Shown piece after piece: positions 22,401 through 33,721 of a stretch of 64,000 bases of DNA. Made by a program: the position numbers and the translations under genes. The stretch lies in NCBI GenBank assembly GCA_965235115.1, contig OZ249450.1:15686001-15750000 (forward strand), in the 5' to 3' direction. This stretch comes from Laetmonice hystrix. Lineage: Eukaryota. Positions within the stretch are counted from its first letter, which is position 1; each line of letters opens with the position of its first letter. The notes under the pieces were generated by a model. It was not told the DNA's origin, made no database searches, and saw only the letters and a program-made list of their open reading frames with translations.

Positions 22401-24369
22401 CGCTTGGTGCAGGTCAGGAGGGACGGCCCGATCCGATGGTAGTCACCGTGACAGGAGACGACAGCAATGTTCCCACGGAAACCCAGGAGTTTGACATTCC
22501 CGTTGTCTATCTGCGGCTGGAGGCACTCTGGCTCTGAGCATACAGTCAGTAATCGATAAGTAACAATCAGTAATAACAGAAGTCGGACAACTCTACAGTG
22601 GCGGATCCAGGGGGGTGTCTGCGACGTCCGGACCCCCCCCCCCCCCTCAGATTTGCCAAATTTAACTTTTTATAACCAAAATGCCTTATTGTTTTTACAA
22701 CGGACCCCCCCCCCCCCCCCTCGATTTGCCCTTTTTATGCTGGACCCCCTAGGACATCCCCCCCTGAATATAGACCTTAGATCCGCCCCTGCTCTACCAG
22801 GAGAAACAACCCGATTCCAGGCTGGTATCCAACTAAATACACTTTATAGAACCACCGCACTTTTTACCAGTAATACTTTCTTTGGGTTGTCTATGTCTAT
22901 TCAAAGGATTCGCACCGGAAGTACATTTTAAAGGTGGAAATTCGGAAAGAAGTTGTTGGGAGAGTTACCTCGGCAGGAGAAGCCATTGCCGATCAATCCC
23001 TGCTGGCAGATACACGTGTAGCTGCCGTTAGTGTTCACACACGTGGCGTTTCTGTGACAGTGGCGGAGATCATTGTCGTCGTCACCACCATCGCCTGGCT
23101 GACCCCCGCTTCCTTCACCTCCATCGCCTGACTGGCCCCCGCTTCCTTCCTCCATCAGGGCGCATTCGTCAATGTCTGTGTAAAACCAGCAATCCATGTG
23201 TCCGTAGTGCGTAGTGCGTAATGCGTAGTGCGTAATCAAAACAATCAAAACGCACACTTGTTTTCATTGATTTTGATGAAAACGCAATACGCATCACGCC
23301 CACACTACAAATTCAGTCGTAACGGCCGTTTGCAAATAACATAATTTTAGGTCTATGTGAGGACCAAATGTCGAGGCTTATATTGTCACCTTACCTATAT
23401 CCTGGCTTATCATTCTGCTTTTAGGCAAACAAGTGTATCTGTACCTAGTTTTCAAGAGTTAAAATACACTTTTGGGTGAGCGTAGAAGTGGTTGTCACTT
23501 TACCAACACAGATGGGAGGAGTCCCACTGAAGCGCTGCTCCTCTATACTGCAATGGCGAATGGCTGACCCATGACCCAGATGGTAGCCAGGGAGACAGTA
23601 AGCCTTGATGACCCTGTTGTCTTCACTTACTGATTCGTAGTATCCATTCAACACTGAGGCACTGTCGTCAAAACACCCTGCAGTAGTAGAAATTGTTTGA
23701 TAAATTGGAATGTGTGTGTGGGGGGGGGGGGGAACAGACAATACCAGGGCCATCCGCAATGTGCACGGCGGGGCAGTTGTCGACCATGGAATTACAAATT
23801 ATTTAAAGTGATAAGTGCTAGTTCAGAAGGAATATCCTTTTTAAACTGTAACGTGAGAAAGATCATGGTTGGGTGAATGCAAAAAGCCAATAGAATCATA
23901 GATGTCCCCTTATTTCGGATGCCACTGAAATATTCAACCGCTCACTATACAGGGTGTTTCATAAATCTGAGAATCTCAAATTTCTGTTTTTCACTTATAT
24001 TATTAAAACATCTCTCTCTATATGGAGGTTCATTCCCTATAACAGTGGTTCTCAACCATGGGTACGGACGCCGTCCCGTCGCCCCGCCACTAATCCACAT
24101 CGCTTTAACCCATCCCCCCTCTCCGAATCATTCCAAGAATATTCATAAACTCAATCTATTCAAATCTAAAAAGGGCTCAGCGGCCCCCTCAGAGCTCCAA
24201 AAACGGCCCCTAGGGCCGCTATACCACCTTGCTTAGAACCACTGCTCAAAAGGCAATATTGATAGGCCTACTTACGAAAGGTTCGGGTCCTCCATGGGTC
24301 GCAATATACGGCCCCTAATGATACGCTGAGAACCCAGAGCAGATCTAACCGGTACCCTCGACAGTCCAT
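16403..24369 (-). CDS. Complement factor B/C2-like protein, 15 coding exons, ~795 aa: signal peptide, CCP, EGF-Ca, CCP, CCP, linker, vWA, trypsin-like domain (catalytically dead)
   Basis: Kozak gccgccATGg at 24369 (MDCRGYRLDLLWVLSVSLGAVYC). Exons 24369-24276, 23677-23504, 23175-22969, 22533-22369, 21815-21639, 21461-21366, 20785-20642, 20193-20084, 19845-19668, 19398-19237, 19014-18950, 18338-18174, 17896-17704, 17415-17202 and 16646-16403; all GT-AG and phase-compatible, sum 2388 nt. vWA motifs DGSSS, GGTN and SDG; protease motifs SWPWLV, TAAQC, DIAL and CRGDVGGP. Confidence 0.88.
17884..18040 (-). repeat. 37-40-bp tandem (4 copies) containing the splice acceptor and first codons of factor-B-like exon 13
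   Basis: cattacag|ttccg(t/a)gtccgtg at exon starts 17896, 17933 and 17973, plus one degenerate copy. Confidence 0.85.
18319..18915 (-). repeat. ~46-bp minisatellite (13 copies) = splice acceptor plus first 8 codons (GSWPWLVQ) of factor-B-like exon 12
   Basis: Unit ttttggtgttgttgttgcag|ggatcatggccatggttggtgcagtg; fills almost the whole 611-bp intron 18339-18949. Confidence 0.92.
20448..20618. repeat. 17-bp intronic minisatellite (atgaatgaaacctatct), ~10 copies
   Basis: Read directly; lies just beyond the donor of the first vWA exon. Confidence 0.85.
20790..21050. repeat. ~26-bp intronic minisatellite (catggacggcacacaatacaggttca), ~9-10 copies
   Basis: Read directly; abuts the acceptor of the first vWA exon; source of ORFs 20726-21064 and 20793-21053. 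Confidence 0.85.
22596..22791. mobile_element. MITE with CAG...CTG ends and a 5-bp TSD (ctcta)
   Basis: cagtggcggatccagg ... agatccgcccctg; ctcta on both sides; near-identical copy at 58286-58465. Confidence 0.85.
24043..24244. mobile_element. hAT/Charlie-like non-autonomous element
   Basis: cagtggttctcaacc ... ttagaaccactg termini; no matching 8-bp TSD. A related solo end, caggggttctcaacc, occurs at 9691. Confidence 0.5.
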
Positions 24370-24742
24370 GGCGGCCCAATGTTAGACCACGGCCTGAAAC
24401 AGTTGTACAGAGGGTACAGTTGTATATATAACAGTGGTGGTCCGAGTGACAGGCACCGGATGGTGAATGACATATGTATAACATAGAGATCTACCAGGAT
24501 ACTTCCAGTCACGATCGAGAAATACAGGCTGTTTCTTAACAAAGGAATCCGAGGGATTAGAATATGTAGAATATGTACCATGTTCTCTTTCCAATCATAT
24601 ACCAACAATACATGGCTCTGGCCATCATGATGATTGAACAGCAATTGTTTGGAGACAACGTGTTTGCCTACATGCACCTCCATACACGACTGGTATAATA
24701 CTATTAATGTACCATTATCTACCATTGACGAGGTTACAATAT

Positions 24743-24919
24743 CAGTGACGTATCCAGGAATTAGTGAAAGGGGGGGGGGGCGTAAAGAGGGGCGTAAATT
24801 TTTTTAAGGAAAATCGGACAAGCAAAAAAAAAAAAAGTCTTCAACAATGCAAAAAAAAAGAAAAAAAGAAGCCAATCGGGGGCGTACACCGGGTACGCCC
24901 TATGGTGGCTACGTCACTG
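24743..24919. mobile_element. MITE with CAG...CTG ends and a 5-bp TSD (aatat)
   Basis: cagtgacgta ... tacgtcactg; aatat at 24738-24742 and 24920-24924. Confidence 0.8.
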
Positions 24920-25298
24920 AATATATAGACTTATTTAAAGGCGGCAATAGTACCTGTAAATGTAACACTGTGTATAAGTGACATAGTTTCCCATACTCCG
25001 AGTTTTTATTTTCCCCAGGATCTACAATCGAACAGGAACTGAGAAGTGTGAAACTAGCTGCGTCCTACTTGACTGAAACTGTCTCTTCCCGAAACAGCCT
25101 ATCCCCTTCTCCGTTACACGTTTCATATTTCATCCTCACCCTCCACCGACACACTCACATACAGAGAGAGAGAGAGAGAGAGAGTCACTTTTGCTCGAAT
25201 GTAATCTCGTTGGCTGGTGGGGCCACCCTCGCGGAAAGGGCCAGAAAGGTTTATGTGCAATTTCTACAGCAGTGGCCGAGTGCATAAAACGAAGGTAA

Positions 25299-25646
25299 AG
25301 CCAGGAATCCATGGGGCCCGTTTCACTAAGCAAGGACATCCCCAAGTGGGGACATCCACGATTCAGAGACATCCCGTTTCACTAAAATGTCCTCGAAATT
25401 AACATTGTCTGAATTGGGGACGTCCCCAGGGAGGGACATGTTAGTGGAACACTTTGAGTGGGGATGTCCCCAAATCAGGGATGTCCCTGGGATGTCACCG
25501 TTAGTGAAACGGGCCCCATGTGTCCGATAGTGCGTATTGCGTATTGCCTAGTGCGTAATCAAAACAATGAAAACACGCATTACGCACTACGCAGTAAATC
25601 ATTTGTTTTGATAACGCACTACGCAATAGGACATGGATTCCTGGCT
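25299..25646. mobile_element. MITE of the tgcgta-rich family (TIR agccaggaatccatg) interrupted by a second MITE
   Basis: agccaggaatccat ... catggattcctggct; an uninterrupted related copy starts at ~23185 (accagcaatccatgtgtccgtagtgcgta). Confidence 0.7.
25313..25517. mobile_element. Palindromic MITE (TIR ggggcccgtttcactaa) with a 2-bp AT TSD, nested in the element above
   Basis: ggggcccgtttcactaa / ttagtgaaacgggcccc; at at 25311-25312 and 25518-25519. Confidence 0.8.
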
Positions 25647-25906
25647 TCAGTCTACGTCCACTACGCCCGGTTTAGTCCGGACGTAGGGCTATGAGTCCTT
25701 TATGCCGGCGACAGATATACCTACTTTAAATCAGCCACTGCGAGGAGGGGATAGATTTAGGCATATGACAACAGGATGTGACAACAGGGTACCTTTAAAG
25801 AACATACATGCATTCTTGATTTTTGGCCATCACGACCAACCATACCAAAATCCGCCCTTTATGCACTCGGCCACTGGATCACACGAACTTCTTCCTAGTC
25901 GTTACG

Positions 25907-26074
25907 CAGTAGCGTACCCGGGGGGGGGGGGGGGTGCTCAAGCACCCCGCTCAATTTGCCGATTTTTTTTGGTGGCCTTGTTGCCCACAGCCCCCTCCCA
26001 ATTTGCAGCGCCTACGACGTTGGTTATTTCCAGCACCCCCTCCCCCCTGGGTCGAGTTTCTGGATACGCCACTG
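25907..26074. mobile_element. MITE with CAG...CTG ends and a 5-bp TSD (ttacg)
   Basis: cagtagcgta ... tacgccactg; ttacg at 25902-25906 and 26075-26079. Confidence 0.78.
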
Positions 26075-27041
26075 TTACGCCACGTTGAGCGTAACGACCC
26101 TGAAGCACTAGGGCAAAGTTCTGGCGAGGAGAGTGCTGCACAAAATTAACCTCTCGCAATTTGATGATAGGTCGTAAATCTCTCGTAACCTGCGTTTGCA
26201 GCTGGTGGTCGCAAATACCCGTGTGGTCATTTAAAAACATTGAAAAGCACATGTTTTTGATATTTTAATTTATACATATTTGTAAAGCAAATTAAAAACC
26301 TTTTGACTGTATTTACAATGTCTCCTTAAACTCATGCAGAATTATACTAACATAAAGCTGTTTCACAGGGAATGTCTCAATTGGTAAGTCTCTAAATATT
26401 TAAATAATTTTGTCAACGCAGATTGTTGGAGGACTGTGCTATGACGGAATCTTATGACGAGGTGGTTGTCAAAGGGAAAACAGGTTGTAGCAATATACAC
26501 CTTAGAAAACGGGGAATCCATTAGGATGGACGGAATCACTGCCGAGCATCGGAAATTCTGGTGTGACAATGTAGTGGAAATGATGTCAGTAGGTTTTACA
26601 TCCATGTTTGTTCACGAGTACTTGCCGATGATGTCATCTGTAGTTTTGATTCCCATTATGGAATTTTTTTTTCAACCCCCCCCCCAAAAAAACCCCACAA
26701 AAAACATAGCTCCCCCCCCCCGGTATCAAATGGTCCGCCCCTAACGGGATCACACGCTGCCTGACATTTCGTAAGGAGCGATTAGTGCAAGTGTTTAGCA
26801 AGACGCGCCTAAATCTTTTTGATCTACGTGTAACTTCTACACGTGTAGGCCTATAGCAGGGGGCCTGCCGTCGTTAAACACCTTTCATATAGTTACGGCC
26901 CTGAGAGCTTTTAATATATCGGTTATCTTAACACAGCAGGTTTAAAGGGGTTCTTGTCGGGCGAGTGCTGAGCACTCGAGTTAAGTCAATCCCACATAAA
27001 TCAAAATGAGTTTGGCAGCAGTGACGCAGGTGGGCAGCCGC

Positions 27042-27160
27042 TATATAAAGCCCGTCCAAGGCGCACATTCTCCAGACAGGGACACAGCCCCATGCAGACG
27101 TGGTCGGCAGATGTTACGAGCCTAGCCAACCGAATCTTGCTCGCCACCTTTTCCGTAAGT
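27042..27160 (+). promoter_or_regulatory. Possible TATA promoter plus short first exon
   Basis: tatataaa at 27042-27049, Inr-like cattct ~25 nt downstream, ATG at 27092 open to a strong donor tcc|gtaagt at 27155. Confidence 0.3.
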
Positions 27161-27879
27161 ATAGGTATGGCACAGTACGTTCGTCACAGACTCCCCAATA
27201 CTTAGGCCTAAATATATTCTCTCATGTTTGCAACAAACATGAATATACTGAACGTCCCACAACGTCCTCTATATAAGTGGTTGCAAAGATTGCCTCATTC
27301 ATGACGAATATATAAACTCAGTCACAATGGTACAATTTAACATTTTCCGTTCAGAGCTGCCAGACTATCCTTGCCCAACAACTGAACAAATTCGTCACAA
27401 CCACTGCCGCTGAAGAGTATGGCGGGCACAAAAATACCACGGTATGTATTCGGCATATAGTTTGGCTTCACACAAAGCAGAGTCTCCAAATGCTAACGCT
27501 TTACAGGAAAGCCCCTAAAAGACATCAATGTGTGTAACATTTCCACTATAGGCCTGCCCTATTTTATATTAACCATACATAGGCGTAGGAACCGGGGGCA
27601 GGGGGGCTGTAACCCCCACCCCATATCAAAAGTATCTTTCTCCCCCCCCCCCCCCAACACCATGCTCCTAACGCCTCCGGCCTCCCTGTGACGAAGAGAC
27701 CACCGCGGGGCTCTTCATTTCAGTCAGAATTTGACCTCCAGATGGCCGGAAATACCGTTTTGGGCCTTCCAAATTAGAAATGTTTCAGGGGGAGCCAAAT
27801 TTCAAGTTTTTCCGGGGGAGGTCCCCCGGATCCCCGCTGAATATACGACTCGCGCCGTACCTACTTTGGCGCTTGCGGG

Positions 27880-28260
27880 GCACCACACACCAGCCACTGC
27901 TCCCCCAACCATGCAACAAAAGTTTTCTCCGCCCCTGGATGCCTTACATATGCCACATATCAACGCGGGGGATGTGATCCCGCCTTTCAATCTAGACGTC
28001 TAGACTAGACTTCTGGGCTGTCCAAAGTTGCGGCTGCTTGGTGCGCAACACATCCAAAATCAGTGCACCAGAACTACCAACCCCAGCAAATTAGAAGCTA
28101 GACGTAGGAGCCGGGAGGGGATCCTACACACCAGCCACTCTGAGCTCCCCCAACCATGCAACAAAAGCTTCCTACGCCCCTAGATGCCTTACATATGCAA
28201 CAAATCCAAGAGGGGGATGCGACCCCGCCTTTAAATCCAAACGTCCTCTGTCAAACTAGA
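27880..28260. repeat. Diverged local duplication, two ~120-bp copies
   Basis: cacaccagccact...ccaaccatgcaacaaaag...gatgccttacatatgc...ccgccttt at ~27886 and ~28127. Confidence 0.6.
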
Positions 28261-31200
28261 CGCATAAATTAGGGCTACAACTTTCGGTAAAAGGAAATAA
28301 GCTCCTGCTTATACATGTATAACTTATAGCATGTATAGGGTTTTGATTCGTGGGGATTCAAGGGAGAGCCCCTTGCCCCCCCCCCCCCCCCACGGATCCG
28401 CCAGTGCATGGCGTCATCAGTGGAGTTGTACGAGTTCTACAGAGAATAACATATGAAATATATATATATATATATATATTGTAATGTACTTCACTCCAGA
28501 AACTTCGGCATCAGTAATGTGTTTTGAAGTCATGACAGTTTGGGTGTCCTCACTTGTGATGTCCTGGAGGAAGACTACTTATAACGTATAACAGAAATTC
28601 TATGACCTATAAGTAACCTTCGGACAAAAACGGAATACAGCCAGGCCTATAATTATGAGTTCTGCAAAAAGCCGCACGAGAATGTAGACTCCTGAGAATT
28701 TTGCTCGAAGAATTAAATCTGGGTCAGTGATTCAGATTTACTGGGGGCGGGCGTATATGAGGAGAGAGCAAAGGACACCACCATGACACGACCTGCTGAA
28801 CCTCAAGGCGCGACAGTTCAGGCGCGAGTGGCGGGAAAAGTGAACCGCAACGGTCACGGTCGATCGAGGTGGACATTAGCCGGTTAAGATCCGCCCCGAG
28901 ATCGAGACCGAGGCCGTCGGACGTCGGACGCCGTTCGTTGCGCAAATTTTCTGGTAAGGAAATTCAGCCAGACAACAAGACCGAGTTGAACTGTTGGCCC
29001 TCTATTATACAGTGGTCTGACACACCAAAAAAAAGCAGTCCATAGATACGAGCGTCTGTATAATGATTTTTTAAACGTAAATCTTTGATATAGTAGCAAC
29101 AAGGAGAGTTTTAAAGGAGAAGTCCAGTCAAAAATCATATTTAGACAGCTGCAAGGCCTCTATATATACTCACCTTTCAGAGTAGTGGTTGGAAATAAAT
29201 GTCCCCCTATTCCAAGAAGTCATACGTTGAACATGACAACCGTGTCAAAATCACTGGCTTCAGCTGGCCGGAAGTGACGTTCCAGTGCTAATCTGCATTC
29301 CGGGGCTAGGCTATACTAGGCTAAAGGCAGCCGAGGCGGGTGGCAAATCGACGGGGGTCAGTCCCACAGTCACAACTAAATGCAGCAGGTCTGTGCTGAC
29401 CATGCTGACACTGCCATTGCCCGCAGTCGTATAGTCCGAATGGGGCCTGGCCTCAGGGGCCATGAGCTCCGTCAACATCACACGAGTCCGAGTGGGACGA
29501 ATGCAGGCGGCCGAAACCCACGGCTGCCCAGATCCGTGTCCACCCTGATATATCCCCTGACATCGGTAGGCTTAATTCCTAGCCATTCCTCATCACTATC
29601 GATGGTTTTCGTCTATGTTCTAACAAATTTTGCTTATAAGCTGTCAACGTTCGCTGCCTTCCGAATCGATCAACGCAACATGTGCGTCAGTTTTTAGTCC
29701 CTCCCAAACTGGAGAGCAGTCGTGCTGCGCATGCTCGCCTAGGGCGATCATGCGCAGTTTGAGATTAGCCCAAGGAGCAGACGGTAATGGCGGCCTTCAC
29801 CAGCTGAGCAGGTTCTAAGAAGCCTCCGGCACTAAAGTGCTTATATCTTAACTATTTGAGCACCAATTGTGTTCAAATATTTTTTAACTTGCTTAGAATA
29901 TCACGGCCTGTATGCCTGGCCTGTACAGACTGGCGATGGCCGTTTCTTTTAAGGAAACCACTGAGGCTACGCTTTGAAACGATACCTCCAATGGGAAGTC
30001 GCCGCTGTGTACAATTCGTCGTGAATCATGCCGTTTAATCAAATTTTATCGTTATTTTCGACCTTTAGTAAAACGGGCCCCAGGCTTAGTGGGGGGGGGG
30101 GGGGGGTCTCCACTCCGGCACCACGCGAGTTTGTTGTCTAGAATCTACACCCGGACCACTGATCCCGACCACCCACTCCCCACACCCCATTCGGGAATCC
30201 TCGGCCATATCTTCAAAAGTAGCCTCGGGTAAAATAGGCGCCATTTTGAGCGTTGCATGGCGGGTACCGGGACTGCTAGATTGGGCAGTGCTTGCAGTAC
30301 ATGTATTTTGCCTGCATCAGGCATGGAAGCAACTAAAATAGGCCTACAGTGCTTTCCCCAAAATCAGTGGGCAATATTACGATAGTATCATGTTCATGAT
30401 ACAAGTAGTCCTACCATGTGTCGTAGTGTTGTCGTTCATGGGCGCGGCCATATTGCTTCCCATAATTTGATAAATTACCGTATCACGCCAATTTAGGTAA
30501 ATTAGGTGATTCATTTTTCTTCTTCAAACGTTCCCCTTCATACCAGAAATGTATATTTGCACAGACAACGCCGAAGGAGCAGGTGTCAATTATGCACTAC
30601 TTCCTGGCTCGATGGGATATGACGGTTCACTCAGTGCCTCGCTACACACCTCCATTTGGCCATGTATCCGGTTGCCAAACATGGCCACTAATCCACCCGA
30701 GGGTATATTCGAATAGCAGGAAGTGACGTCATATGCCCGAGGGAGTCCCGAATGCCCCCCCCCCAACTTGGCGACCTCCATCGTACAGCCGATGCAGTAC
30801 ATTCATGCAGCACGCCACTGCCCGTTTACAGATTAAAAAAAAAGTGTTAATATCGCTTCAAGAGCGAAATAAGATATATTTATTTGGCTCAGGAGCTGCG
30901 CCAGTAGGCTTACTTATTATCTGGGCCAACGACTTAAAAGCAATATGGTTGACATACTGCAAAAACAAAAACTTAAGACTACGACTTAAAAAGCAATATG
31001 GTTGATAGGCTATACTGCGAAAGCTAGTCAAGCCGAGCTGCAGAGGCTAGGCTAGGCGACCTGCGGAGATTAGGTCATACTGGGCGGCGGCTATACATGA
31101 TACCGCTACCAAGCCAGCTACTGATACGAATCTATCGAAGGGTATATCGGACATTACCCTCAATTTGCTCTACTTTACCCACGCCTCCACCCCCAACGCA

Positions 31201-31573
31201 CCGCTATAGGCATCTCTACGCATCAGTGCTTGCTTTGATGCAATAATTTGAAACACGCCACAACTATAAAGGCTATATCCAAATAGGCAGGGTGATACAG
31301 AGAAGCCACTTAATATAGAGCTCCAAAATTTCCACGAGATCCATGTTGCCAAATGTCATAAGGAAGTATACGCCCTTCCAAAGCCAGGGTGGGCTGAATT
31401 CGGCTTCGGGGGGGGGGGGGGGGGGCATCTGGTCAGCCCAGATCTACCAGAAGAAAAATGGTCTCTAATGTCTTATTGGCTGTAATGAGTGCGGCGATTA
31501 AAAAAAGATAATGTTTGTATAATATTGCAGCACACCTAGAGTTTCGGATGAGAGAGTATCACCATCAAAGGAT

Positions 31574-33721
31574 ATGACGAACAGGGCATACGAGTCTATC
31601 CTTGCCTGCAACAAGTGAGTATTTCTACTCCCCACATACATACTGCTCTGAATGTGGCCCATTTTCATTCTGTGTACATTGGCCTAATACATGTATAATA
31701 ACGAGCCAGATATACCAGCATTGCCCCTATAAAAAACGCAATAATATTATGTGTGGCAGAGAGATGTTCGAGAAGTGTGTGGCGCCAGACGTTTCTTTCA
31801 CCTTACCGACCCACGATGGGCGCACGACGACCGTAAACGCTCACCGTTACATCCTTATTTCTCGAAATCCTGTCTTCCGCGCAATGCTCCTGGGAGCATT
31901 CGACTGTCCAGGCAACGACATACAAGTCTGTGATGTCACGTCGGAGGCTTTTACAGAATTCCTCCGGTAAGACTCCGTTACCACCACCACTTGTAAGAAT
32001 ATACATGGGTATCATTTACTGAAAGTTTCCTTCTCGTCCACTGAGAAGGTGTTTTACTTATTGCTGCAATGTAAATATAGTTTTCTCAGGTAACTCCGGC
32101 TCCCTCCACCACAAAGATTTTATGTTATTACCCGGTTTGGCACACCTGTGATAATAAATGTACCCTATATTCCCACCCAACTAGCCGTGGTCTAGATATG
32201 TCCATGTTAAGTATATAGGGGCCTATATGTTCTCGCGGTGCAGAACGGTCTCGCACAATGCGGTCTAGATGCAAGCAGGGCGTAAAACATCAATCACCAT
32301 AAATTATTTAGACGGAGACACTTTCGCTAAAGCGGGGAGGGTGGGTGGGTATTTCGGGTTCCTTGTAACAGCCAGGGTCATATCTCGACTGACAAACCTT
32401 TCACACATGCAGGCGATGGTCCTAGGTGCCATGAACCAACACCTTAGACCAATCGGCCACCCGAGGCCCCCGCTAAAGCGGGGAACACACCTGATGCGAT
32501 GCGACGCGATTATGAAAAGCTCCTTATGGTTTTCAACGAGTGTGAAGACACCTGAAGCTCCAGCGACATGCAGCTTCAGGTGTTTTCATAATCACACCGC
32601 ATCGCGTCGCATCGCGTCAGGTGTGTTCCCAGCTTCAGGACCCCCATCTCCATGTCTTATCTATTATTTCAACATTACATTTCCACGCTAGGTTTCTCTA
32701 CTACGAGGAAGCATTCCTAAATGAAGACATTATCTGTGAGGTCATTTACGTCGCCAAAAAGTATATGGCAGCACAACTCCTGGACCGATGCGTGGCCTTC
32801 CTTCAGGACAACATAACCGAGCAAAATGCGTGTTTGGTCTTAGAGATGGCTCTTCTTTTTGACCTCGAAGACCTTGAGACCCGGTGTATGCAGATCATAA
32901 GGGCCAAGACAACCGCCATAATACAGGACGAAATGATCGTGCGCATGAACCGCCGGGTTCTAGAACGAATCCTGCAAAGCGACATATTGAACGCCTCGGA
33001 GGTGGAACTCTACAATGCATGCGTAAAATGGGCTACGTTCAAATGTGAACACGAGAAACTTCCGTGCACTTCCGAGAACCTGCGGAACGCCCTTGGCAAC
33101 GCCATGAACCTCATTCGCATACCCACCATACTGCAGGAAAACCCTGGCAACGAATTCTATTTGGAACTACTGAGCCAGTACGAAAGAGACGCTTTACAGG
33201 CTTTCCAGGAGGACCCATCAAATAAGACTATTTTACCTTTTCTGACATCACGGCGGAAGCAAAGGTCGTTGGAACGCATGCGCTGTGGTCTTATCAGTGG
33301 CGTCTCAACGACCTCAGTTCGTGCAGGGACGGTCTCTCAGCATATCTTCACAATAAGTGAGGATATCATCCTTCACTCTATTGACATTCTCGATCGCTGG
33401 AAGTCGCCTACAATGAGCCTCGCCTGCATCATTAATCAAAATGGGAAGAAATGTATCAGTTACAGAATGCGGGTACCGCCAGTCAGGAAGGGTACTGGTC
33501 TTGGGCCTGTTGTTCCAATGTTTCTCCCTGAAACAGGCGTCAAGTTGAAAGCTGGCCAGTTTGAAATCGGCATAACGCATGGCTTTCTTGGAGGGGGCAT
33601 GTATGTTTCGGTTCCTTGTGGCAAGGCTAGATCTGGCACTATTGAGAATTACGGTTTAGACATATCGGTATATGCACCGAATTGTCACCACATTGCTTCC
33701 ATCGAGTTTTCCCTTCTATAA
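31574..33721 (+). CDS. BTB/POZ-BACK domain protein with a PHR-like C-terminus (BTBD1/2/3/6-like), at least 3 exons, at least 425 aa
   Basis: Exons 31574-31614, 31760-31966 and 32692-33721 (phases 2, 2). DVSF...AHRYILISRNPVFRAML...DVTSEAFTEFLRFLY, AKKY...CVAFL...NACLVL, ASEVELYNACVKWA, LRNALGNAMNLIRIPT. The true start may lie further upstream. Confidence 0.85.
32476..32635. mobile_element. Hairpin MITE in the BTB-gene intron
   Basis: aagcggggaacacacctgatgcgatgcgacgcgat ... atcgcgtcgcatcgcgtcaggtgtgttcccagctt; TSD unclear. Confidence 0.55.

Noticed and set aside
28780-29260. Non-coding first exons for the BTB gene (plus, donor ~28953) and the factor-B-like gene (minus, donor ~29174)
   Set aside because: The donors are plausible, but the reading frames hit stops and UTR exons cannot be verified without transcripts.
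30481-30494. 14-bp match (tatcacgccaattt) to the inner part of the EnSpm TIR
   Set aside because: It lacks the terminal gctggg, a partner end and subterminal motifs; could be chance.
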